From contig MU058444.1 in assembly GCA_013265495.1 (NCBI GenBank), forward strand, positions 682,001-746,000: 64,000 nucleotides of DNA, in the 5' to 3' direction. Both the position numbers and the translations under genes were made by a program. The DNA is from Vicugna vicugna (lineage: Eukaryota). Under the pieces are notes generated by a model, which saw only the letters and a list, made by a program, of their open reading frames with translations, had not been told where the DNA came from and searched no databases. Every line of letters starts with the position of its first letter. Position 1 is the first letter of the stretch. Positions 49,360-61,950 of this stretch are shown in pieces.

Positions 49360-50829
49360 GTCACAGTGCTTTCCTTTTCTTTACAAATATTAAAGGTATT
49401 AAATATCTATAAAGCTTTTACCGTACACTTTCCAGGCTTGCTGCTCAAGTTTCAATCCTCTTTGTGATTAGCAACTATTTTCCTTTGATTATTGCTTCCG
49501 CTGTCTTGTTCATTGTGTATATTGCATACATACATCTTGCCTGTCTGCATTGTGTATTGTCTGTATATTCAGAGATGTTATATACTTTTGTGTGGCCCAA
49601 TTAATTTATTTTTTCTTTATTGTTTCATTAATTGATATTAAAGTTAGAAAGTCTTTAAGTAGAGATTTTTAAATTATCAGCATCTGTTTCCTACTTTCAA
49701 AAATAAAATTTTAGTTTTTCTTTTACATTTAAAATTTGCTCTTCTGCTCATTTGAAACTTGTTTGAGGCCCTTTTTATAAAATAATATATGACCTAAGAT
49801 AAGGAAAAGAAGCTTATATTCGTCACTGGATGAAGCAAAAATTTTATCTTTAAGGCATTAAGCTTTTGGGGCAGCACATGGAGAAAATGAAATTGTACAA
49901 CTTTTCAGATATTAAAGTAAGCTCAGCAAAATCATCTTTTAAAGAAAACGGTTAGGGTTTTTCTTCTATGAACTCTAATATAGTTTGTGTAGCATTTAAG
50001 CAGGTTCACCCTCTGCAGAAATGAAACAAAAAAACATAAAAATATTTACCAAAGCCTGTCTTGGGCTAGTCATTTCAGACATGTTATCTCATCATTCTCT
50101 CAGATAATACTCAGAATTATTATGGACTTTTCTAGATTAGAAAAGAAGTTTAAAGAACTTGAGCATGAGTTAAATAAGCCTGTACCACGGGAGCCAGAAG
50201 TTGAACACAGATAATCTGTATTTTACCATCTAAGAATGAAAACGTAAATTCTGAAGGAAGTGTAATTTAGGCTAATGGCATAAAACAAGCCCCTAATATT
50301 TTATTTTATTTTATTTTTTGGCCTTTTTAAGTACCCGTGGTTAGGAGCTGCACAGTATCCATGATAAATACATTGCCAGTTTAATAATTTTCAAAATGTT
50401 TCATTTTGACTACACAACGTCAAATTCAAAAGGAATCTTAACTAGGGAAAAATACATTATGTATACACGGCCGAGTCCAAGATTTCCAATTATTTCCATG
50501 AGGTCTGCACTCTGTCTTCAGAACAATCATTTCGCCTCGCCTCCTGATGTGAACACCTGAATACAAATTAAAAGCGAGGGGCGTGTACACAACACCAGAA
50601 TATAGATCAAAATCATTACCCAAGTGAGTTTGTAATGTTCTGTTTAGGACATGCTTATAACCGGCGTTGGGGGAGGAGATGAAATTACATGCACTCATGG
50701 TGACAATGACCAAAACCTATCTTTTTTGGAAAACCATGATTTATAAACTTGGAGCTATTTCAGAGATAGGCTGAAGGTTCTCAGGTAAAGGATATAATGT
50801 ATTTAAATGCATATATTAAGGAATTCTCA

Positions 50830-51677
50830 CAAGATGAATCAACTACAAGAGAAAAAAAAACTGCCAAAAATACAAACACTTGAAGGCTACACAATATGCT
50901 ACTAAATAGTTAGGGGATCACTGAAGAACTGAAAGAAGAAATAAAAAAGCACCTCGAAAATGGAAACACAACAACTGAAAATCTATGGGATGCAGCAAAA
51001 GCGGTTCTAAGAGAGACGCTTATAGTGAAACAAGCCTACGTTGTGAAACAAGAAAATCCCAAATTAATAATCTAATATTACATCTAATGGAATGAGGAGA
51101 CGAACAAACAAGGTTTTAAGTTAACAGAAAAGTAAATAAAATGATCAGCGCAGAAGTAAATGAAAGAGTCTGAACACCAATAGAAAATGTCAAGAACTCT
51201 AAGAGTTGATCCTTTAAAAAAGACCAATAAACTTGGTAAATCTTTAGCCAGACACATCAGGAATAAAGAGGGGGCTCAAATAAGTAAAACCAGAAGTGGA
51301 AGAGGAGAATTTAAACCGACATTACAGAAGTACAATAATCATGAGATTGCTATGAGCAAGCACATGCCAGTGAAATGGACAATCTAGAAGGGACGGGTAA
51401 ATTTCTAGAAACATACAATCTCCCAAGACTGATCCAGGGAGAAGCAGAAATAGGACATAAAACAGACCGGTTACCAGCACTAAAATTGAGTCAGTCATAT
51501 AACAACTTCCAAGCAATAAAACTCTAGGACCAGATGGCTTCACAGACAAATTCTACCAAGACTTTAAAGGAGAGGTAACACTTACCCTCTGAAACGCTTT
51601 CAAAAATTGCAGAGGAAGGAGTACTTTCGAACTCATTTTACAAGACCAGCATCACCATGACACCAAAACCAGACAAA
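50830..51677 (+). mobile_element. Degraded internal L1 ORF2 fragment (end of endonuclease to RT start)
   Basis: 'NLWDAAKAV', 'GPDGFT..FYQ', 'NSFY..SIT..PKPDK' remnants. Confidence 0.9.
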
Positions 51678-51835
51678 CTTTTGGCTTCTGTGAATAAAGC
51701 TACTCTGAATATTCATGTACACGTTTTCATGGGGCCATATCTTTTCATTTCTCTTTGGTCTAAACCTGACACTAGAATTCCTGGATCGTGTAACAGCTCT
51801 CTGTTTAAACTTCTGGGGACCGCCGGACTGTTTCT
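51678..51835 (-). mobile_element. Older L1 ORF2 C-terminal fragment in opposite orientation
   Basis: Antisense 'ELLHDPGILVSG..REMKRY..KTCT'. Confidence 0.75.
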
Positions 51836-52791
51836 AGCCTGTTTGAATGTTCTGATTATTTGTATGAGCAAATCACGCAGTTCTTCATTTTTAAATATGG
51901 TAAACATTTTATGCATAAAAAGTAGAACCACATGTCAACAGTGGCTGTCTTTGTTGGGCTTATGACTCTGTTTCTTTTTCTATCTTTGCTATGCTTATCT
52001 GTATTTCTAATGCAATCAATACATATTGTCTAGTAATAAACAAATCATTGAAATACAAAGCGTTAATTAACCAAATTTGTTAAGACTCCCAATATACCAC
52101 TTTTCTTTTGATATTTTCAAGAGTTAGGTATGTTTCACACTTTTCTAACACCATAATGTCTTTTTTGCTTGAAGGAGAAGAAAAACTTCCTTATTGAGAG
52201 GAAAGCCAAGCAAAGTATATTTTATTTTCCCTCACAGATGCCATCTGCACAATAAATTAATTTCTCTCCTATTGTAGTCGAAATTGAAATTGATATCAGA
52301 GAAAGGAAAACAGCTGAATGCAAAAATACAGTCTATTAAATGATCTCAGAGGTATTTTTTTCAGGTGTTTAATATCCTTTTCTCAAGAGTGAAATATGTG
52401 CAAAATAGTTATCTAGGCACCAGGAAAGAGATAAAGATAAGTAAGACACAGCCTCTGTGGTGAACAGATTTTTCAATGTCACGAATCATGACTGATTAAT
52501 TAGGTAGCTCATGAGAACTTCACAACTGTTATTTTTTTCTGAACTGTGGAAAATGAAACTACAGAAAACTTCTTTCTTTCAAAGGGAAGCAGTCGATGAC
52601 TAGGACTTCCCATTTTCTTCATGGTATGAGATTTTTGTTTTTAACTTTAGTTAGTTATTTGTATAGTCAACAAGTATCGATTCTTCGAGCACAAGTCGTT
52701 ATGTGGCGCTCTCTAATGGTTGTAAACACTTTCCAGAAAAATAGCAGTAAATGAAGAGATATACTTGCTACTCTAAAGGAAGCTTCAGTTT

Positions 52792-52927
52792 GGGGAAGAG
52801 GGTAGAGCTCAGTGCTAGAGCACGTGCTTGGCGTGCTTGAGGTCCTGGGTTCCATCCCCAGTACCTCCATTAAAATAAACAAATAACCTAATTACCTCCC
52901 CCCTACCCCCCGCCACCAGAAACAGTT
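52792..52927 (+). mobile_element. vic-1-type SINE
   Basis: tRNA-Ala-like head, ACCTAATTACCTCCCC tail; TSD TAAAGGAAGCTTCA at 52774-52787 and 52928-52941. Confidence 0.95.
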
Positions 52928-53168
52928 TAAAGGAAGCTTCATTTCATTAAATGGTAAACTGCTTTTGGAAGGTAAATTTTACCTTTCAGTTTACTTGGTG
53001 TAAATCGAGGGCCTGTGTGGTTAAACAATTAACTTGAGACTAGCAAGATAGAATGAGAACTAATATGCCAATTCAGAATATATACTTTAAGAGTGATTAT
53101 CTCTGAGTGATAGAATTCTGGATGTTTCATATTTTATCATTTCTATCCTTTAAAATCTAGGGGTCCTA

Positions 53169-53317
53169 AGGGGGGAAGGTATAGCTCAGGTAGTAGAGCA
53201 GGTGCTTGGCATACAAAAGGTCCTGGGTTCAATCCCCAGTACCTCCTCTAAAAAGAAATAAATAAGTAAACCTAATTACCTCCCCCCACCAAAAAACATA
53301 AATAAATAAAAATATAT
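53169..53317 (+). mobile_element. vic-1-type SINE
   Basis: TSD TAAAATCTAGG(G/T)GT(C/T)CTA at 53151-53168 and 53318-53335. Confidence 0.95.
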
Positions 53318-53435
53318 TAAAATCTAGGTGTTCTAGCTGAAGTATATTAATTCTATTAAAACATATATTTGATATATATATAGAATTTCAATGGAGTCAA
53401 TGTATCTTTCCCCTTCTCCTTTAAAAATTTATCCC

Positions 53436-53555
53436 TGGAGGAGGGTGTAGCTCAAGTGGTAGAGAGCGTGCTTAGCATGCAAGAGGTCCTGGGTTCAATC
53501 CCCTATACCTCCTCTAAAAATAAAGAAACCTAATTACCTCCCCCACCAAAAAAAT
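53436..53555 (+). mobile_element. vic-1-type SINE
   Basis: Retains CTTAGCATG anticodon loop and GGTTCAATCCC B box; TSD TTTAAAAA(T/A)TTATCCC at 53420-53435 and 53556-53571. Confidence 0.95.
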
Positions 53556-54049
53556 TTTAAAAAATTATCCCAGAGATACAAGGAGAAAAATAGAAATATG
53601 AATTCTATATTCGAAGGAAACCAGGAGACTTCCATAGCACTCTTAGCCCCATGTACGATGCTAGAAGGCAGGTGAGGGAAGATACGTGGTTTACTAACGT
53701 TCCTGCACTCGCTGGCTTTGTTCAATGTGAAGCAAGGCAGTCTTCTCCATGGAACCCCAGAAAGCTTCAGGAATTTGAGGAAACATGCAATGCAGGATAG
53801 GAGGGTGTTTGGAGAGCTGACTATAAGGGAATATTTTCAAGCTTCTACCCTCAACAAACCTAGATAACTTGCCTTCCTTAACTTGCCCCACCCCTGCCGA
53901 CATAAATCTAGATATAAAGAGGCCAGCACATAGGAGGGCAAAGAGCAGAGCTGTACATAGAGGGATTAGGTAAAGATGTGCATATGGAGTGATGAGAAAG
54001 CTCCCTCCACCTTTCCTAAACTGGCTTTAAAACTTCCTATGATGATACT

Positions 54050-54530
54050 GAAGGATCCTTCCCTGGAAAATCGACCCAAGGAAGCAGCGTTTGTCAATAT
54101 TTACATAGGAGCTAGAGAAAATCCAGCTGTTCGCTCTATTGTCCCCCCAGGGAAGTCTTCCAGTTCACGAGCCCCACCCACTGGCACGGAGCCACTGATT
54201 AATTCTGGTGTCTCATTCTTCCCTGTAAGCAACACTGTATAAGCAGGCGATTGAAGAAATTCCCCAGCATTAAAGATATCTACAAGATAAGTGATCAGAA
54301 AAAGTGCTTGGAGAAGATATAATTGATATCTTTCAGAGGTAGGAGAAAATATTGCATCCATTAAAAAAAACTGATATAAAAGAGAAACAATTACAAAAGA
54401 ACCATCTCTGAAAATTGCAAAAATAGTATCTGAAATAAAGGATAGAGTACAAGAAATGGAAGACAAAATCAAGCAAACACAGAAGTAGAACAAAAACAAA
54501 AGACAGAGGTCTGGACAAGTGGAAGGGGTC
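54050..54530 (+). mobile_element. HAL1-like fragment (5' region into ORF1-like coiled coil)
   Basis: GAGCCCCACCCA..AGAAAATATTGCATCCATTAAA..ATGGAAGACAAAATC. Confidence 0.6.
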
Positions 54531-54579
54531 CCAGCATGGCTCCTCACTGCCAACTCAAAAGAAGAAAAAAATCTCCAGG

Positions 54580-54980
54580 TGCCTGTTGGCCCGAAGAAAG
54601 ATGAGCTATTTGTCTCCCTGTGTCCAAAGTTTGCCTCCTTTTCTCACTGGATGTACTGGTATTGAGAACCCACAGTTTCTTCACTCTGATGTCGCACTAA
54701 TCATGTCAGACAATCGTAAGAACTGGCAGTCAATTTCCCCCAAATCTACCAGAGTCACTCACTTCAGCTCTCAACTAGCAGCCTGGCGGGTAAAGGAAGG
54801 AGCCCTGAGGAGATTCCAGCCTCCAGCCTCCGAGGGTTCCAACTGAGGCAATGGGCAAGGTGAGCAATTGTCCCTCCTGTACCTTGTCTGAATTCGTAGC
54901 CCTCAGAAACTGTAAATGATAGTTAATGATTGTTTTTGTTTAAACTACGGAATGTAGTTTGTACTGTAGCAATAGGAAAA
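54580..54980 (+). mobile_element. MaLR solo LTR (MLT1F/G-like)
   Basis: GATTCCAGCCTCCAGCC..CTTGTCTGAATTC..CAGAAACTGT..TTTGTACTGTAGCAATAG. Confidence 0.7.
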
Positions 54981-55164
54981 AAAAAATCCCACATGCTCCC
55001 TTACGTTAAGTAGTAGCTGTTTCTTTGAATACAGTGCGTGTTGACATCTGGCTGGTCAGAGCACCAAGCCGATGCACTGGACTTGCAAGGATACTGTGGA
55101 CACCTTCTGAGACCCAGCTGACCATTCAGCCCTGACCTTAGCGAAAATCTCTGAGATATATTTC

Positions 55165-55365
55165 TCAGTGTTTCACATACTTCGCTTCATATTGATCCTT
55201 AAAACAAGCATGAGAGGTTGCTGTGACAGGGAGTACACATCCAACTTTAAAGATGATGAAATAGGTCGATAGTCTCTCATTGCCTGAGAGACTCCCGTTA
55301 GAGTTGACATTGTGGGAATTTGATCCAGATCTTCTTACCTTACGTGAAATACTTCCTTATCTGCT
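55165..55365 (-). mobile_element. MIR
   Basis: TTGATCCTTAAAACAAGCATGAGAGG..TTTAAAGATGATGAAA..GGAATTTGATCCAGATCT. Confidence 0.6.
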
Positions 55366-57211
55366 GCCAACTTGACACACCAAATATGTTAAAACATCAT
55401 ATCGTGAAAGAGTAAAGTCACTGACACTTGCCTTTATTCTTTTCCCATATACAATTTCTCATCAATACATTCCTACCAATGAGAATTTTAACAGCTTAAG
55501 TGATGAGAGAAAAGCCTTAAAAATGTGCATAGCTTTGCACCCAGCATTGGTCCTTCTAGGAGTTTATCTGAAGAAAATAATCAATTGTGTATGAAAATAT
55601 TATAGCTATAAGAATATTTTGGGGCTAAAACATTACAATTTCCCCAGTAGTTTGATAGTTGAATCAATGATCCAATACAGTCTCTATGCAGATTTTAAAA
55701 ATTATTGATGATCATTTTTGAGAAAACTTAATATGTAAAGTTGAAAAGGTTCTAAAACATGAAATACTGCATTATACCAGTCTTATGTCTCTATCTATAT
55801 TGACATACACCAAGTCTGGAGACCTAGATATTAAAATATAAGAAATGTTTTAGCTGATGTTAAGAGTTGAGTATTGAAACTCATTGCACGTCTTTGTTGC
55901 CTTAATTACAGATTCAGACATCATCAGAAAATAAGAGTGGAAATAAATGGATAAATCTAATGCCCATTCTATTAAAAACACGCCGTTGAGCCCTAGCCTC
56001 ATCTGTCATAGTTGTGTCTGAACTTGGAGTTGGACTCCAGTCCTTAGAGCTGGAGTAATGACCCACCTGAGTTCAACCACTGCGTGACTTTGTCTAATTC
56101 CTTCTTTATTGCCTCAAACCAGACAAGTCCCAGCGCCTCAAATAGTGGATCACCACTTACTTTTAAAGTTTGTCTTTCTTTATCTTATATATGGGAGTTT
56201 GAGTCAAAAACTTTTAAGGATTTTGACCTTTAACCACATGATCCCAAGAAAGGATGTCACCGCCTTGTCAAGTTTCTCAAGCTCAGTGCCTTTTCTTCTT
56301 CGTATTACACGCATAATTTTAAAGACCTTTTGGGCCAAATTTAACTTTAAAATAACTGTATGTTTATGTGTTAGGCACAACAGTAGGCTTATTCCAGAGC
56401 CTCACGTCATCCCATGCTGTCAAATTCACACAGGATTGTCTTTTATTTATGCCCTTTAAAAATCCACACTTATTAGTCGAATCTCCTTATTTGCCTTTTG
56501 GGGATTTATCCCCATGTTCCTTTTCTCAGACCCTTTTTTTTTTTTTTGATAGTCTCTTAATCTTGAATGTTTTCTGTTTTAGAACCTCAGTTCACGAGCT
56601 CAGACACGTTTTCTCGGGAATTTTTGAAATTCGTGTCTAAAGTCAAACATAGGTTTCAAATTTAGATCCAGTAGAATTCAGCTACTTCTGTGTAAAATAA
56701 ACAGAAGTAGGTTTTTTTTCACAGTAGGAGGTAAAGATTAAGCAGAAATAAATGTCCTAATTGCTTAACTGCTATAGGTAATGTTCTCGTAATTGGCTTA
56801 GCACATATATGAAAAGACGGGAACACTGTAACGCAATTAAAAAAAAAAAAAAGATGGGACCAGCAACAGAATGACCCGTAACAAAAAGAAAGCAATCAGG
56901 GACTTTAGATTCCTGGAAGTAGTCTGATGCTTCAACAAGAGAAAATGCAACTTAGAAATTGTTGTCAGCTGCATCCATGGAAGATATTAATCCAGGATGT
57001 TCTGGGATATCAAAATTTGCAGTCTTCTTAGAGCTCATCCAGGAACAAAACCATCTCTGGAAAGGAGCAACCAAAGGGAAACTTTGCAAAAATGCCCAAG
57101 TAATTCAGGTCAGTCTGTACCTAGAGGATTTCTGCCTTTCAAACTCAAAATCTTGTTCTTACAAAATGTACTGATTGTTATTAAATATATAATTTATGCA
57201 ACTGAAGGATG

Positions 57212-57629
57212 CTGATTGAACTGTGATTTTCCAACTCACCAAAAATATCTGTTGATGAAGCAAGCAAAGCTAAGTTTATTGGACATACTGCCGTCAGGGA
57301 GAACCCCAACTTGACAGAGTCTTATTTATAAGTTCCTCAGTAGAGGGGGAGTTGGAAGCGTATTTATAAGTACATTGGGGCTTGATTTGGGAAAACTGAA
57401 AGTCAGTTTACAAGGCAAGATCTACTAAGGATTTAGCAGATTTTGTCACATAATAGTCTTGGACTTGTGAGCATGACGGGGCAAAGGTCTCAAAGTCAGT
57501 TTTGATGAGTGAACTCTTGGTCTTGATAAGTAAACCTTTTTAGTTGGTTCACAGACTTATCTTTCAAGAGCAAATATTCCCTGGAGCCAGGTCTAGGTTA
57601 TTTTGGCTTGATCCCAGCATTCTTTAACA
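57212..57629 (-). mobile_element. Probable old ERV solo LTR (LTR37-like)
   Basis: TG..CA termini (minus strand starts TGTTAAAG), minus-strand AATAAA ~65 nt from the end and upstream TATAAATA. Confidence 0.5.
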
Positions 57630-57738
57630 GAGGGATAGGAATGCATGCCTGGTCCCAACATAATTTAACACAGGGAGAGAAGATGACTTTGGTTTTAGTT
57701 TTCCACTTGCATTCTTGAGTAGGAGAGTTGGTCTACTC

Positions 57739-57905
57739 CAGTGGTTCTCAAGGTGGGCTCCATACTGGAATCTCCTGTGCCATTCTAAATAAAGTGGAGG
57801 AGTAAAGACCGCCTTCTGAAGATTATGGCTCAATAAGTCCAAAGAGGTTTCCATGTACTTAAAAATATCCAAATTAATTCTGCTGAACAACCAGAGCCGA
57901 GGACA
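57739..57905. mobile_element. MER5B-like hAT relic
   Basis: CAGTGGTTCTCAAGGTGGGCTCCATACTGGAATCTCCTG. Confidence 0.7.
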
Positions 57906-57939
57906 TCAAGATACTGCAGAAACCCTGGGTGTGGCTTGT

Positions 57940-58267
57940 TGTCTTGGTCCCTTTGGGATGCTATAATGGCACACCAGAGACTGGGTAGCTTAGAAACATC
58001 AGAAATGCATTGCTCACAGTTCTATTTGGTGTCTGGTGAGAGCCCACTTCCTACATCTTTGACGGGCATCTTTTCTGTGTTCCCATATGACAGAAGGGGC
58101 AGGGGAGCTCTCTGGGATCTCTTTCATAAAGACACCAATCCCACACATGAGGGCTCCACATGCATGACCTAGTCACCTCCCAGGGCCCCACCTCCAATTA
58201 CCATTACATTGGGTATCAGAATTTTTCATACGAACTTTGGGGGGGACATGACATTCAGTCTATAGCA
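57940..58267 (-). mobile_element. MaLR solo LTR (MLT1A0-like)
   Basis: TGTCTTGGTCC..AGACTGGGTAGCTTA..ATGAGGGCTCCAC..ACATTCAGTCTATAGCA. Confidence 0.92.
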
Positions 58268-58294
58268 CCTGGTGTCAGCTAAGTCACTTGGAGA

Positions 58295-59453
58295 TGTTGA
58301 CTGAAAAAATGGCACAACCTAAAAGCTGAGAATTATGTTTTGTTTGGCAGGCTTACTGAGGACTTAAACCCAGGAGACAGCCTCTTAGATCGCTCTGAGG
58401 GATCGTTCTGAAGAGGTAAGGGAGGGGCCAGGATACAGAGGAGTTTTTGAGGAAAAAACAAAACAAAACAGAAAGTCATAATTGGAACATCAAAAGATTA
58501 CTGCTATTTGGTGCAGCCACTGTGGAAAACAGTGTGGAGATTCCTCAAAAGACTAGGAATAGACTTACCGTATGACCCAGGAATCCCACTCCTGGGCATA
58601 TATCCAGAAGTGACCCTACTTCAGGATGACACCTGCACCCCAATGTTCATAGCAGCACTATTTACAATAGCCAAGACATGGAGACAGCCTAAATGTCCAT
58701 CAACAGGTGACTGGATAAAGAAGATGTGCTATATTTATACAATGGAATACTATTCAGCCATAAAAACCAACAACATAACACAATTTGCAGCAACATGGAT
58801 GTTCCTGGAGAATGTCATTCTAAGTGAAGTAAGCCAGAAAGAGAAAGAAAAATACCATATGAGATCGCTCATATGTGGAATCTAAAAACAAACAAACAAA
58901 CAAACAAAGCATAAATACAAAACAGAAATAGACTCACAGACATAGAATATAAACTTGTGGTTGCCAAGGGGGCACGGGGTGGGAAGAGAGAGACTGGGAT
59001 TTCAAAATTGTAGAAAAGATAAACAAGATTATGCTGTATAGCACAGGGAAATATACACAAGATCTTATGGTAGCTCACAGAGAAAAACATGTGACAATGA
59101 ATATATATATATGTTCATGTATAACTGAAAAATTGTGCTCTACACTGGAATTTGACACAATATTGTAAAATGATTATAAATCAATAAAAAAGTTAAAAAA
59201 AAAGATTATTGCTAATGAAAGAAAACCAGACATCTCAAGTTACTGAATTTAGCACTTTTTTTAATGTGTGGGAAGATGTAAGAGTCTGGGCCTATTGAAA
59301 CGATTCCTTTGATACACATCTTAACTATCTCGGCTGCATCTTGCTTTTCTCCATTTTGAATCTCCTTGGTGCACCGTGGAGGGTGGCTGCAGTGGCTTTG
59401 TGACCACAACATCCTTTGTTTACTTAAATGGCAGACAACCTTCTTTGCCCACA
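58295..59453 (-). mobile_element. ERV1-class solo LTR (artiodactyl MER41-like), split by an L1
   Basis: TG..CA termini, perfect 4-bp TSD GAGA (58291-58294, 59454-59457); ~450 bp after removing the L1. Confidence 0.85.
58507..59199 (+). mobile_element. Young 5'-truncated camelid L1 nested in the LTR
   Basis: 125-aa ORF2 tail; full 3'UTR; TSD AAAAGATTA(C/T)TGCTA at 58492-58506 and 59200-59214. Confidence 0.97.
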
Positions 59454-61014
59454 GAGACACAGAGACAAAACAGCCTCTCTGCAGTGTGTCACCATTGGGG
59501 TAGCCAAGTGCATTAAGCGATGACATGTGTAAAGTTGAAGAAAGATACATTTGCAAATAATAAAAGAAGTACTCAGCACTTACTACAGGAGTATTTCAGT
59601 TCCAGTAATTTTGGTATTACTGGCATCCGTTTTTCTAAAAATTATTTCAGTCAAGGTGATGATGAATGATAGTACTTTCTATCATTTCATTTTCAATAAG
59701 CATTAGAGAACTGTTATTAATCTAAGCATTCCTGATCGACTATCATTTTGCTCTTGTATAACATTCACCCGCTCTTAACATCATTTTTATCAGTTTTTGA
59801 AAGAATTCATTTTTCTTCCTTTAAAAATCAAATTTTATTCCCCCACACTTGAAGATCACTCCCATTAAAAATAGCTCCAGATTTTCAGAAAAGAGGCACA
59901 CACTGTTGTCAAAGGCTTGTGTTATTATATTGCTACATATAATAGGCACTTAAACATAAACTAGAACTAATTGACTTCGTTTAATGCCTATAGTTCTCAT
60001 CAGCTCGTGTTTCCCATTCTCTTTTTTTGTAATCCCTCCTGCAATAGCTAGGGTTAACCTGCTGCTTATAGACTGTCTGCTCAAACCCCATCCAGGTTGG
60101 AAAATGCTACACTCTTGGAAGGTCGAATGCTTTCAGATCCACAGAGCACAGAGCCCGGATTCTGTGAATGAGAGTTGCTAAGGGCCCGTTTAGTTCAAGT
60201 TCATTAGTAAGCATCTAGCGTGTCTACTGAGAGGGGAGCTTAAGGCAATTTAGAAGCTGTCCTTCAGAGAACTTGTTGATTGCGAAAAGATAATCACAGA
60301 GTTTTCATTCAGACCAGAGGCTTCATGCTGCTGCTTTATTCTTGTCTCTTTTTTGTTTTGCCAAAAGGGAGAGAGAAAGAGATAAGGGCTTCAGAAGGAA
60401 CGCGGCAAGGATCCTTGGCAGGGATTGAGCCATCTAATTGAGAATGCTAAAAAGACACCTTCGCGCCTCACTCTCTGGTTCAGATGGAACGGATCAGTTC
60501 TGTCCCAGGAGTGACGAGTGAAGGAGGAAGGAGAGCTACCTTGCGGAAGCTGAAACGAGGTTCTGCAGACAGGAAAAGGTCAGATCCAGAAAATGTCATG
60601 GAGAATGATTTTTAAAAGGCTGTGCATTCCCTTAACCATGAAAAGAAACAAGAACGTGGTTAAAAAATAAAGTCAATGAGTAACACTTAGCAGTTCCAAA
60701 GTGTATATATTTTAACAAAATGGGCTTGAGCGGTTATTCTGCTTTCTATTTAATGAGTAGTTGTTCTAGTTTGTAAACGTGTAACTGCTGTAATAAAAAC
60801 CACATGAAAGTTCCCTTTGCTAAGGGCAAAAGAATGATTGACTAAGGCTGATGGTGTCTTCATGACATAGACTTCCAAACCATGTTTTAATGACTAGCAT
60901 CCTATCCTTGTTCTAATGGACAGCTCCTTGTTTCTTGAGTGCTTTACACTTAGTAGTAAACACATTCTCTCTTGTGTATGCATGTATATGTGTAAGCTTT
61001 ATATCCAGTGGCGT

Positions 61015-61180
61015 TTGCAGGTCTTAAACATATAATTCAGTGGGTCCTGACAGATACATACACCCATGTAATCAGCGCTCCACTCAAGACAGAGAACAAT
61101 TCCATCACCAAGCGAGTTCTTGGTTTCCTTCTGGTCAATCCTTACTCCCCATAGGCAGCCACCCCTGTTTTGATTCTTTT
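61015..61180 (-). mobile_element. Ancient L1M 3' fragment
   Basis: ATACACCCATGTAATCAGC..AGAGAACAATTCCATCACC..GGCAGCCAC. Confidence 0.65.
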
Positions 61181-61182
61181 GA

Positions 61183-61388
61183 TTCTTTTCATATTCTTTT
61201 TCATTACAGGTTACTATAAGGTACTGAGTATAGTTCCCTGCTACACAGTATAAACTTGTTGTTTATCTACTTTATGTATAGTTGTGTGTATCTGCAAATC
61301 CTGAACCCAATTTATCCCTTCCCACCCCACTGCCCCCCTGGTAATCACAAGTTTCTTTCCTGTGTCTGTGAGTCTTTCTCTGTTTTAT
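61183..61388 (-). mobile_element. L1 3'UTR fragment
   Basis: TTTTCATATTCTTTTTCATTACAGG..CCCTTCCCACCCC..GTCTGTGAGTCTTTCTCTGTTTT. Confidence 0.88.
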
Positions 61389-61389
61389 C

Positions 61390-61950
61390 TCTAGATCTCA
61401 TCTTTCTCAAGAGCAGACCACCAGCTTTCTGAGTATCTGCTGAACAGCTCTAACCAGATGTTTGACTGCTACGTTAAACTCAAAAGTCCCAAACCAAAAT
61501 CTCCTCTTTCCACTTTCCAAAAAATGTTTTTCTTCCTGTAATTTCTATTACCGCTCCCTCAAAACTCAAAGTAGAAATCACAGAATTTTTTTTTTTACGT
61601 TCTTACTCACTCCCCACTTGCAGGATGATTTATTCATTGTATTTTGGAACAGTTTTTCTTATCCATTCTCTTCCCATTCCTACTGACATAATCCTACTTA
61701 AAGCCTTATCACTACTCCCAGCAGGATCATAGCAATAATTTCCTAAATAAATGCATACCTCTATCTTCCACGTGCTGCCGGAGTCACGCTTCTAAAAGAG
61801 ATTTATAATATCATCTCCTTACACAAAAATCTTAGCCAGTTCTCTGTTACTTACGGAAAAAGACCAAATTTCTGAGCATCCATTCAAAGTCCTGTATCAG
61901 TTTTCTATGCGCCATTTTCACCCAGCATGTTGCATTCTGTTTGGGGTGGT
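61390..61950 (+). mobile_element. L2 fragment
   Basis: AAACTCAAAAGTCCCAAACCAAA..AGCAATAATTTCCTAA..CCAAATTTCTGAGCAT..TTCAAAGTCCT. Confidence 0.7.

Noticed and set aside
52792..53555. tRNA-Ala gene cluster
   Set aside because: Mismatched stems, SINE-specific tails and TSDs show these are SINEs (likewise 27753-27868 and 37071-37197)
54101..54553. 150-aa hydrophobic ORF
   Set aside because: T-rich antisense of a HAL1-like fragment
56682..56710. 10-bp stem hairpin CTACTTCTGT/ACAGAAGTAG followed by a T run
   Set aside because: Resembles a bacterial terminator, which is irrelevant in mammalian DNA; too short for a pre-miRNA and plausible by chance
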